The position numbers and the translations under genes are program-made. Source: a virus (Duplodnaviria > Caudoviricetes). Taken from it: DNA of 26,690 nt. Below the pieces are notes generated by a model, which saw only the letters and a program-made list of their open reading frames with translations, was not told the DNA's origin and ran no database searches. Every line of letters starts with the position of its first letter. Position 1 is the stretch's first letter. Positions 9,337 through 17,523 of the stretch are shown here, in pieces. The stretch spans positions 1 to 26,690 of IMG/VR virus record IMGVR_UViG_3300049187_000061; one strand, written 5' to 3'.

Positions 9337-9339
9337 TGA

Positions 9340-9765
9340 ATGGAGTGGCGGGAGGGTTGTGAGCAGGGTGCCGCGGGGTTCCTGGGGTACGGGCTCCTGG
9401 CGTGCACCCTTGCGCCGAGCCCCATCGGGATAACCGCCTCCGCTCTGGTCGGGGGATTGGTGCATTACGGCTTGGCCCTGGGGCTTCGGTTCCCGTGGCG
9501 CCGCGCCTTCCATCAATCCACGTCCGCCTGCGTTTCCGTGACTCCCGGACAGCTTTTCTTCCGGGAGGTCTCCGCCGCCAGTTTCGAGCGGATCGGGTAT
9601 ATCCGGGTCCAAAACCTGGACGCCAAGGAGCTTCTCCGCCGGCTGCAGGGGAAGAAGCTGGACGAGGACACCATCCCCTACCACATGCGGGTAGCCTTGG
9701 AGGAAAGGCGCGCCCTGAGCCTCCCCTGGGAGGCACTGGAGCCCTTCCTCAAGGCGGTAGCATGA
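9340..9765 (+). CDS. Hypothetical membrane protein (two N-terminal hydrophobic segments)
   Basis: Fills the gap exactly, ATGA overlap with next gene; hydrophobic residues approx. 11-49. Confidence 0.55.
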   Translation: MEWREGCEQGAAGFLGYGLLACTLAPSPIGITASALVGGLVHYGLALGLRFPWRRAFHQSTSACVSVTPGQLFFREVSAASFERIGYIRVQNLDAKELLRRLQGKKLDEDTIPYHMRVALEERRALSLPWEALEPFLKAVA

Positions 9766-10181
9766 TCCGCTACCGCGACCTCCATGCCTACAAGTACCAG
9801 CTTTTAGAGACCTACGAGGTCTACGTCGGCATCGAGCCCCGGGGCCCCGACATCCGCACGGACTTGATCGACCTGACCCGCGAGGGCGTCCTCAAGGTGC
9901 GTCGGGGCTATTGCTGGGATGGCCCGAGCGGGCCCGCCATCGACACCAAAAGCTTCATGCGCGGGTCGTTGGTCCATGACGCTATTTACCAACTGATTCG
10001 CATGGGGATGCTTCCGGCCGACCGGAAGACCAAGGCTGACGAGGTACTGAAGCGGATGTGCCTGGAAGACGGGATGCTCCCGGTCCGGGCGGGCTGGGTA
10101 CGCCTGGCTTTGGGCCTTTTCGGCAGCCGCAGGACCCGGCCGCTGGTGCGCGACTCTATCCAGGTTCTGGAGGCTCCGTAA
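9762..10181 (+). CDS. DUF1353 family protein
   Basis: ATG 9762; WDGPSGP, SLVHDAIYQ, RKTKADEVL...LEDG motifs. Confidence 0.75.
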   Translation: MIRYRDLHAYKYQLLETYEVYVGIEPRGPDIRTDLIDLTREGVLKVRRGYCWDGPSGPAIDTKSFMRGSLVHDAIYQLIRMGMLPADRKTKADEVLKRMCLEDGMLPVRAGWVRLALGLFGSRRTRPLVRDSIQVLEAP

Positions 10182-10183
10182 AT

Positions 10184-10579
10184 ATGGCCAACAAGGCAAT
10201 CATCTTCGACGCAAACCGCGTGGTGGTGGGTGTGACCACCGAAGCCTCCCCGACCCTTCCGGCCGGGTTCTCCACCGTGGACTTCAATCCCGATTTCACC
10301 CTGGCGGGTGGACCGTGGAAGCTCGACGCCCAAAACAACAAGGTCGCCGCCACCCTGGCCGAGTACCGCGCCACGGGCCGGGACGAGGCGTACAACGCCC
10401 AGCAGGAGGATCAGCTCCTGGCCGACTTCCGAACCGCCGCGCAGGCTGCGAGGGTGGCCTGGCGCGCCGTGGCGAACGCCTCCGGCACCCCTTCGGCCGC
10501 CCTGTTCAAGGCTGCGGCCACGGCTCAGGATGACCTCAATACCGCGACGGCGCGGCGGTGGAAGGCCACGTTATCGTGA
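10184..10579 (+). CDS. Hypothetical phage protein (possibly tail-associated)
   Basis: ATG 10184 after GGAGG; beta-rich N-half, Ala-rich helical C-half. Confidence 0.65.
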   Translation: MANKAIIFDANRVVVGVTTEASPTLPAGFSTVDFNPDFTLAGGPWKLDAQNNKVAATLAEYRATGRDEAYNAQQEDQLLADFRTAAQAARVAWRAVANASGTPSAALFKAAATAQDDLNTATARRWKATLS

Positions 10580-10734
10580 AGCCGCTCTCACTAATCGATT
10601 CAACTCGGCCGCCTGACTGGGGGCCCGTGGGCGGCGCGGGAACGAGGGACGTGCGCCCTGTAAGGCGCTCATGCTCCGGATCGATCGGCCTCCGCCATCG
10701 TCCCGAACTGGAAAACGGATCGCCTTCTAGCATT

Positions 10735-10992
10735 TCATCCCTCCTTAATCTCAAATCCAAATTGAGCCGCCTGCTCCTTGGTGGGGATCCATTTAGGCGT
10801 GACGCCATCGACCTCCGCAAGAGTTTCCACAAGACCCTCAAGGTCATCCGGGGACTCTATGCGCGTCACATCGAGATTGCAGCAAATGGTCCAGTAGTCG
10901 CCGACCGCCGGCTTCCAAGCTTCCTGGATCGCCTTAGCGTGGCAGGCCGCAACGTAATCCTCGGTCATGTAGTCCAGGGCCAAGCTCGGCAT
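10735..10992 (-). CDS. Antisense hypothetical protein, 85 aa (moron-like)
   Basis: AGGAGG 5 nt before ATG at 10992; YVAAC..KAIQEAWKPAVGDYW...WIPTKEQ reads as a real phage protein; fills the gap in the plus-strand operon. Confidence 0.7.
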   Translation of the reverse strand: MPSLALDYMTEDYVAACHAKAIQEAWKPAVGDYWTICCNLDVTRIESPDDLEGLVETLAEVDGVTPKWIPTKEQAAQFGFEIKEG

Positions 10993-11012
10993 ATGCGCCT
11001 CCTGATAGGGGA

Positions 11013-11041
11013 AATATAACCCCATGGCCTTCTCCGCGAAA
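11013..11041 (-). promoter_or_regulatory. Putative sigma70-type promoter for the antisense gene
   Basis: Minus strand TTTCGC-17 nt-TATATT just upstream of the AGGAGG RBS. Confidence 0.45.
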
Positions 11042-12280
11042 GTCGGCTCCTTCGCCCAGCCTACCTCCACCGGCAATAGCTCGGTGACGGGCGTTGGATT
11101 CCAGCCGAAGCTCATTCTCCTGTTCGGCAACTCGCGGACTTCCGACGGCTCTACGGCTTTGGGCCAATTCAGCTTCGGCGTGGGCGTTTCCAGCTCTGAC
11201 CGGCGGGCGGGCTCCTATGCCTCGACGGACAACACCGCCGGGGGGCAAGTCGGCTTTTCCGAAGGCAATACTCGGTGCTGGCGCCTCGGCGACGGGACGG
11301 GAAACAACCTCTCCCAGGCCGATTTCGTGTCGATGGACGCGGATGGCTTCACGCTGAATTGGACGGTTGCAGACGCCTCAGCCCGGATCGTGAACTACAT
11401 CGCCCTGGGCGGAACCGACCTGACCAACGTCAAGTCCGGCTCCAACGCCATGCGCACCAGCACCGGAAACCAGTCCTACACGGGCATGGGGTTCCAGCCG
11501 GACGCGATGCTGTTCTTCTTCACGCACTACTCGCAGAGCACCAACGGCGGTACGAATACTGGCGCAGCTCGGTTCACCATCGGATATGCCAATTCGGCCA
11601 CCTCGCGCGGATACTCCGCCTGGCTGTCTCGCAATGGGGATAACCCCACCGTCACCAACCGGGTCCAGAAGACCAACCGGTGTTTCGGCCAGCTCACCAC
11701 CGATTCCCTGCTGTCCGAGTTTGACCTTGTTTCCTTCGATGCGGACGGGTTCACGGTCAACCAGACCACGGCCTCCGGTACGGCCGACAGCTTCTATTGG
11801 GTAGCCCTGAAGGGGGGCCAATTCAAAACGGGCTCCTTCAATCAGGCGACCAGCACCGGAAGCCAAGCGACTACCGGCGTTGGGTTCCAGCCCTCGGCCC
11901 TGATCCTTCAGTCTATCAACAACGCCACCTCGGCCTCGGTATTGGCCAATTCCCGCAACAGCTTTGGCGCGGGCTCGTCCTCCTCTGCCCGAGCTGCGGT
12001 CTGGACCGGCGACCGGGACAACGTCGCAACCTCCATCACCGACCAAAACTTGGACCAAACCTCCATCTGTCGGCTGATGACGGAGACCACCCCGACTCTG
12101 GACGCGGACGCGGACCTGACCACCCTAGACTCCGATGGGTTCACCCTCGACTGGACCACGGCAGACGCGACGGCGCGCGAGATCCTGTACTTCGCCGCGG
12201 GCGCGACGGGTGGCGGAGGTGGCGGCTCGAATAATGGGGCAGCAATGCATCACTACATGACCCTGATGGGGGCGCATTGA
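11024..12280 (+). CDS. Ser/Thr/Gly-rich virion protein with three tandem approx. 131-aa domains
   Basis: TG(V/M)GFQP three times at 393-nt spacing; (M/F/L)D(A/S)DGFT(L/V) three times; Gly linker and short C-terminal tail. Confidence 0.8.
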   Translation: MAFSAKVGSFAQPTSTGNSSVTGVGFQPKLILLFGNSRTSDGSTALGQFSFGVGVSSSDRRAGSYASTDNTAGGQVGFSEGNTRCWRLGDGTGNNLSQADFVSMDADGFTLNWTVADASARIVNYIALGGTDLTNVKSGSNAMRTSTGNQSYTGMGFQPDAMLFFFTHYSQSTNGGTNTGAARFTIGYANSATSRGYSAWLSRNGDNPTVTNRVQKTNRCFGQLTTDSLLSEFDLVSFDADGFTVNQTTASGTADSFYWVALKGGQFKTGSFNQATSTGSQATTGVGFQPSALILQSINNATSASVLANSRNSFGAGSSSSARAAVWTGDRDNVATSITDQNLDQTSICRLMTETTPTLDADADLTTLDSDGFTLDWTTADATAREILYFAAGATGGGGGGSNNGAAMHHYMTLMGAH

Positions 12281-14040
12281 TGAACTTCCTCCGACAATCC
12301 ACCGCCTCTCAGAGCCGGATGATTGGCCCCTTTGTGGATGACACCGATTTCAAAACGCCTGAAACCGGACTCACCATCGCCAACACCGACGTGAAGCTGT
12401 GTATCAACGGCGCAGCGTCCGCGAACAAGAATTCTGGCGGCGGGACCCATCGCGTGAGCGGGTTCTACTCCCTCACCTTTGACGCCACCGACTCGGCTAC
12501 CGTGGGTGAGATGGAGGTGATCGTTGCCGTTTCCGGGGCCCTGGTGGTCAAAAAGACCTTCTATGTCCTGGAGGAAGTGGTCTTTGACGCCCTCTTTGGG
12601 GCCTCGGCTCTGGGCTATGTCGCAAACGCCCCCGTCAACGTTGCGCAGTTCGGCGGCACCAATGGGACGTTCTCAGGCGGGCGTCCGGAAGTCAACACCA
12701 CCCACGCAGCAGGCACCGCATGGGGGTCCGGGGCCATCACCGCCGCCTCAATCGCATCGGACGCCATCACCGCCGCCAAGATTGCGGACGGAGCTATCGA
12801 CGCCGGAGCCATTGCATCCGACGCTATTACGGCAGCGAAAATCGCCTCTGATGCCATCACCGCGGCCAAGATCGCGACGGGCGCCATTACAGCCGCCAAG
12901 TTCGCCGCAGGCGCCATTGATGCCGCTGCCTTGGCTGCGGACGCAGGAGCAGAGATTGCCGATGCCGTCTGGGACGAAGTCATTACTGGTGCCCAACACA
13001 ACGTCAACAATTCCGCGGCCAAGTTCCTGCGCGAGGCTTCGGAGGCCGTGGCTCTCACCGGCACGGCCCAAGCGGGAGCCAATGGGTCAATCACCTTGGC
13101 GGCCGGTGCCTCCGCCTCCAACGAGCTCTACAAGGGGGAAAAGGTGGAGATCATCGAGGGGACGGGCGCCGGCCAAAGCCGCCTCATCACTGCCTATAAC
13201 GGTACCTCGAAAGTGGCGACCATTGATCGAAATTGGGTCGTTAACCCCGACAGCACCTCCGTCTATGCCATTTCCGGCGCCGATGCGGATGTGCAGCTCT
13301 GGCGCGATGCGCAACCCGCAACCCTGGCCGACACGGACAAGATTCCCGCCAGCGTGCAGCACATGGCAAACAACGTGATGACCGCCGCCGCGGCGAATGC
13401 CGATCTGACGACGGAACTGCAAAGCGGGCTGGCTACTGCGGCGGCCTTGAGCACGCTGACCACGACCATCGGGACCCCCGTCGGCGCTTCCGTCTCCGAG
13501 GACGTGGCCGCCATCAAGACCGACACTGGGAACCTGGTCACCCGCATCCCCGCCGCCCTTTTCTCGGGCATTACCTCATTGGCTCACTGGCTTGGGGCGC
13601 TGGCTGGAAAGCAGACTGCAAACGCTACCGCTCAGACCGAAATCCGGGCCACGGGTGCGGGATCCGGCACCTACGACCCGACCACCGACAGTCAGGAGGC
13701 GATCCGCGACCGCGGAGATGCAGCCTGGACCACGGCCACCGGATTCTCTACTCATTCCGCCGCAGATGTGTGGGCGGTGGCCACGCGCGCCCTTACCGAC
13801 AAATCCGGCTTCCGGCTTTCGACAACCGGCGTGGCCGACATCTGGGCCTATGTCATCGAAGGAACCTGGACGGCGGTTCAATTCATGCGCCTGTTCGCCT
13901 CCGCGCTCCTGGCTAAGTGCTCGGGGATGGGGACGACCACCGCGGTATTCCGGGATGTGGACGACACCAAGAACCGCCTGAGCGTAACCGTGGACGTGGA
14001 TGGGAACCGGTCGGCCTTTGGCACAAGGGATGGTGACTGA
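12277..14040 (+). CDS. Ala/Thr-rich tail or head fibre-like protein with AITAAKIA repeats
   Basis: ATGA overlap; N-terminal PETGLT...GFYSLTFDATD domain, decapeptide repeats, repeated ADxW motifs, C-terminal FRDVDDTKNRL. Confidence 0.75.
   Translation: MMNFLRQSTASQSRMIGPFVDDTDFKTPETGLTIANTDVKLCINGAASANKNSGGGTHRVSGFYSLTFDATDSATVGEMEVIVAVSGALVVKKTFYVLEEVVFDALFGASALGYVANAPVNVAQFGGTNGTFSGGRPEVNTTHAAGTAWGSGAITAASIASDAITAAKIADGAIDAGAIASDAITAAKIASDAITAAKIATGAITAAKFAAGAIDAAALAADAGAEIADAVWDEVITGAQHNVNNSAAKFLREASEAVALTGTAQAGANGSITLAAGASASNELYKGEKVEIIEGTGAGQSRLITAYNGTSKVATIDRNWVVNPDSTSVYAISGADADVQLWRDAQPATLADTDKIPASVQHMANNVMTAAAANADLTTELQSGLATAAALSTLTTTIGTPVGASVSEDVAAIKTDTGNLVTRIPAALFSGITSLAHWLGALAGKQTANATAQTEIRATGAGSGTYDPTTDSQEAIRDRGDAAWTTATGFSTHSAADVWAVATRALTDKSGFRLSTTGVADIWAYVIEGTWTAVQFMRLFASALLAKCSGMGTTTAVFRDVDDTKNRLSVTVDVDGNRSAFGTRDGD
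12733..12942 (+). repeat. Seven 30-nt coding repeats (AITAAKIASD consensus)
   Basis: AITAASIASD AITAAKIADG AIDAGAIASD AITAAKIASD AITAAKIATG AITAAKFAAG AIDAAALAAD. Confidence 0.9.
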
Positions 14041-14174
14041 TGTTCGGATCCCGATACTTCGGTAACCGCTATTTCCCGGGCCGGTACTTCGGACACGTCG
14101 GGGCGACGGCGATCCCAGGTACAGATTCCGGAGGGGTGGCCGCCATGTTCATTTTCGATGATGAGGAGGATTAG
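14040..14174 (+). CDS. 44-aa microprotein with RYF repeats (not in ORF track)
   Basis: TGATG coupling; MFGSRYFGNRYFPGRYFGHVGATAIPGTDSGGVAAMFIFDDEED-TAG, abutting the next ATG. Confidence 0.75.
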   Translation: MFGSRYFGNRYFPGRYFGHVGATAIPGTDSGGVAAMFIFDDEED

Positions 14175-14543
14175 ATGAGAGGTCAATCTCTGCACCAGAC
14201 CCAGGTGGTCACTTTCGCGTCCGGCGCGTCCGTTTCCGCCGTATGCCCTATCGACGGGGCGAACCGCGTGGCCATCGAATTCCCTTCCTTCGGGAACGAC
14301 CTGGCCGCGGCTGCCGCCAATGCCTACGTGCAAGTGGGCGTGGCGGCAGGCGGCACGTTCCGGCGCCTCCAGGACATGGGGATCTACTCCGCCAGCTCCG
14401 GCCTGCGGGATTGGGAGATCCCTAGCTTCAGCGGGGATAGGACCGTCCTTTGCCGTCCTGTGGTGGGGTTCGATTACATGAAGGTCCACCTAGGAACGGC
14501 CGCCACCAATGGCTATTCCGTGACCGTCCATAAACTGTTCTAA
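14175..14543 (+). CDS. Hypothetical beta-rich putative virion protein
   Basis: GAGGAGG RBS; beta-sandwich-like alternating pattern. Confidence 0.65.
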   Translation: MRGQSLHQTQVVTFASGASVSAVCPIDGANRVAIEFPSFGNDLAAAAANAYVQVGVAAGGTFRRLQDMGIYSASSGLRDWEIPSFSGDRTVLCRPVVGFDYMKVHLGTAATNGYSVTVHKLF

Positions 14544-14557
14544 TCCAAGGAGGGCCT

Positions 14558-14929
14558 ATGGCCAGAGACAGAGAATACCGCGAAGTAATTTACGGTGGAG
14601 ACGCCGAGTACAAGGAAGAGTTCAAGGGGGATATCCTGGTCTTCCAGCCTGGCGAGCGGAAGGTGATGGAGCGGCGCGATGCCGTCCATTTCCTGGCGCA
14701 GTACAAGCCCTTCGACCGCGAGAAGTCCACGGGCGACAAACCCTTCTCCTGGCGCCCCGCGCCTCCGGGCGCAAAGCCCTCCGTGCAAGTTGCGGCGGTG
14801 GTGGAGGATACCCCCGAGTTCGTCAATCATGCCACGGGTGCGAAACTCGCTTCCAAGGATGACCTGGACAAGGACTTGGAAGGATTCCAGCACCTCAAGC
14901 TCAAAGAAGACGAGCCCAGGAAGAAGTAA
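14558..14929 (+). CDS. Hypothetical charged protein
   Basis: AAGGAGG RBS before ATG; coding-like codon usage. Confidence 0.7.
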   Translation: MARDREYREVIYGGDAEYKEEFKGDILVFQPGERKVMERRDAVHFLAQYKPFDREKSTGDKPFSWRPAPPGAKPSVQVAAVVEDTPEFVNHATGAKLASKDDLDKDLEGFQHLKLKEDEPRKK

Positions 14930-14932
14930 CCC

Positions 14933-15583
14933 ATGACGCCGGCCCAGGCCCTCACCCGGACAAGGCTGCAACTGAACGAGACCACGGCGGCCTTCTGGAC
15001 CGACGCGGAAATCTGTGGGTATATGTGGGAGGCGGAATGCATCCTGGCGGGGAAGCTCGGCCTCTTCCAGGCTGTGACCGCTCACACTACGGTCACGGGC
15101 ACCTCGGCATATACCTTTCCGGATAGCCTGATCCGTGTTTCCCGCCTCACCTACGACGGGAAGAAGCTCAAGAAAATCGACTTCACCGAGCGGGACTACC
15201 TGGACGGCACCAACTACGGCTCCACCCGGCAGACCGGCCAGCCGGAAGCGTATGCCGAGTGGGGCCAGTCGGTGTATTTGCAGCCTGTCCCCCAATCCGC
15301 CGCCGCCCTGCAGTGGTTCTTTCTCAAAGCTCCGGCCGAAATCACTGCAGCGGGCGCTTTCTCCATCAAGGATGAAACCCTGCAGCAGATGATCCCGGAC
15401 TATTGCGTGTACAAAGCCTCGATGAAGGATGGGGAGTTGAACCGGGCGGATAGGCACTATCGGGCTTGGGAGGCGAATGTCCTTCGTGCGGAGTCCATGT
15501 GGATGGACAAGAAGGGCGAAGACCGGGTCTACCATGTCCGGGATGAGGATGAGTTTGCGGGCGGGGTGCTCGGGATAGACTGA
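14933..15583 (+). CDS. Head-tail adaptor (P22 gp4 / T7 gp11-like position)
   Basis: FWTDAEI..Y..EAE, GTSAYTFP, GQPEAY, VYLQPVP and IPDYCVYKA motifs of podovirus adaptor proteins; precedes nozzle gene. Confidence 0.75.
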   Translation: MTPAQALTRTRLQLNETTAAFWTDAEICGYMWEAECILAGKLGLFQAVTAHTTVTGTSAYTFPDSLIRVSRLTYDGKKLKKIDFTERDYLDGTNYGSTRQTGQPEAYAEWGQSVYLQPVPQSAAALQWFFLKAPAEITAAGAFSIKDETLQQMIPDYCVYKASMKDGELNRADRHYRAWEANVLRAESMWMDKKGEDRVYHVRDEDEFAGGVLGID

Positions 15584-17523
15584 TGGCGGACAACAAGCAT
15601 ATCATCGAGGTTTCCGTCTTCGATGCCGGGTTGAACACCAAGGCGCAGGCCATCAATTTGCCCCCTGGGCAGTCTCCTGACCTGAAAAATGTAGTCTTCG
15701 ATGATTTCGGCTCGGTCTCCATCCGCCCCGGAATCAAAACCCACAACTCAAGCATCATGTCCAGCTTTGCGAGCGGGAGTTGGGCGGTGATGGGGCTCAC
15801 CTCTTATAAACCCTCCACCATGTCCGCGCTCTTGCTGGCGTTCTCCAATGGGACGACTTGGGTTTTGACAGGAAACGCGACCAGCCCGGCATCTGTCCCG
15901 TCCTCCACAGGGGTATGGCCGCTCAACCAGTATGTGGAGTCCGTGGTATTCCAGGAGCTTTGCTTCATGGTGTCCAAGGATTACCAGCCCTACAAGTTCA
16001 ACGGCGTCGAGTTCACCAAAATGGGCGTGTCCGCGCCGACTTGGCAGGCGGCGTTTACCTCCGATGCCGTAGGCAATCTGGACGGCGCCTACAAATACGT
16101 CTTCTGGGGCGTGAATTCTTATGGCGCCGAAGGGGACTATGGCGTGGAGACCGCAGAAGTCACGCTCACCAGCGGCCAGGCAAGGATTACCGGCATAAAC
16201 ACCGCCCCCATTTCGGCAGGAATCAACACCTGGAAGGTGGGCCGGAACAGCGCGGGCGCTACCGGAGTCTACTGGTACCTGACGGATGTCACCAACGGAA
16301 CCACCTCCTTCACCGACAATCTTGCTGACAGCAGTTTGGTCGAACTTGCGCCGATCGATCAGGGGTATCCTCGCCAATTCCAGTTTATAACCGCCTATGG
16401 GGGTCGGGTCTGGGGCGCCTACCAGGATTATTTGTGGTTCTCCAATTCCAACCAGCCCGAGGAATTCCCGTCGGAGAACTTTATCCGCGTGGGACGTGGC
16501 GATGGAATGGACATCTCCGCCATTACCCCCTTCATGGGCATGATCGTCATTTCCAAGGCGGACAACGCGGGGCAGACCTCGCTATACACCTTGGTCATTG
16601 GGGATTCCGTCACCTTCGCCGACCCTGAGAGCTGGTACCTCAAGTTCATATCCAACGGGTCCGGCGCCGAGTCGCACCGTGCAGTTGTTGCATTTTCCAA
16701 TTACCTCATGCTTCCCAACCGCTACGGGGTCCACCTGTTTGACGGCAACGCGATTGCCTTGGCGGCAAGTGAATCCTCAAATGGGGTGATTGCCAGCGAG
16801 AATATTGCCAACGCCGTGAGCGATCGGTTCAAGATGAGCTTGCCGGCCTCCACCACCGTCCCGATGAAAGCAGAATCCGCAATAAAATGGGACGGAAGGA
16901 TCCTTCTCTCCCACCCGCGAGACACCGATCAGGCGTATCGAAACTCCCAAACCCTGGCTTATGACTACCAGCGAGTGGGGGGTAAAGGGGCAAGAAACGG
17001 ATCGTGGACCGAGTTCCCGTCCCGCGCCGCTTCGCAGTTCGCGATTCACGAGGGAAAGCTGTTCGGAGGTGGGCCTGATTCCGGGTACATCTACCAATGG
17101 GATAACGGCGAGCAGTACCAAAACTTCCTGGACCTAGGAAGCCTCATGGCCGCCTATTACGTCACTGCGCCGTTCCATGGGGCTGATGGCCACGAAAGCT
17201 ACAGTAAAGATTTTCGGTGGGTCATTTTCAGCGAAAGGGGCGGGCAACCTGGCGGGGATTCGAATAACCCCGTAGTCACGGCCACTTTTTATGTGGATGG
17301 GTCAAGCCTATCGACGGCCACCCTTATCCACACCGAAACCTACTCCATTGGCACGTCAGGCCGCGATTACAAAATACTCCTCCCCGCCGTGGCTCGGGGA
17401 AAGAGACTCTGGATCAAATACTCCTGGGTCGGCCCAAACAGCAGCTACTACCCCCCGGAAGCCGCCTGCAAGCTATCCCGTATCAAAATCTGCTACAACA
17501 TGCGAGGGCTCAGAAATGCCTGA
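15583..17523 (+). CDS. Tail nozzle / head-completion protein (P22 gp10 / T7 gp12-like beta-propeller)
   Basis: FDAGLNT...SPDLKNVVFD..GSV..RPG start, GRVW..LWFS...PEEF blade motifs, GKRLWIKY near C-terminus. Confidence 0.75.
   Translation: MADNKHIIEVSVFDAGLNTKAQAINLPPGQSPDLKNVVFDDFGSVSIRPGIKTHNSSIMSSFASGSWAVMGLTSYKPSTMSALLLAFSNGTTWVLTGNATSPASVPSSTGVWPLNQYVESVVFQELCFMVSKDYQPYKFNGVEFTKMGVSAPTWQAAFTSDAVGNLDGAYKYVFWGVNSYGAEGDYGVETAEVTLTSGQARITGINTAPISAGINTWKVGRNSAGATGVYWYLTDVTNGTTSFTDNLADSSLVELAPIDQGYPRQFQFITAYGGRVWGAYQDYLWFSNSNQPEEFPSENFIRVGRGDGMDISAITPFMGMIVISKADNAGQTSLYTLVIGDSVTFADPESWYLKFISNGSGAESHRAVVAFSNYLMLPNRYGVHLFDGNAIALAASESSNGVIASENIANAVSDRFKMSLPASTTVPMKAESAIKWDGRILLSHPRDTDQAYRNSQTLAYDYQRVGGKGARNGSWTEFPSRAASQFAIHEGKLFGGGPDSGYIYQWDNGEQYQNFLDLGSLMAAYYVTAPFHGADGHESYSKDFRWVIFSERGGQPGGDSNNPVVTATFYVDGSSLSTATLIHTETYSIGTSGRDYKILLPAVARGKRLWIKYSWVGPNSSYYPPEAACKLSRIKICYNMRGLRNA

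Noticed and set aside
10558-11019. 153-aa plus-strand ORF
   Set aside because: Atypical Arg/Ser/Leu-rich composition and no RBS; the minus-strand 85-aa gene has a perfect RBS and protein-like sequence.
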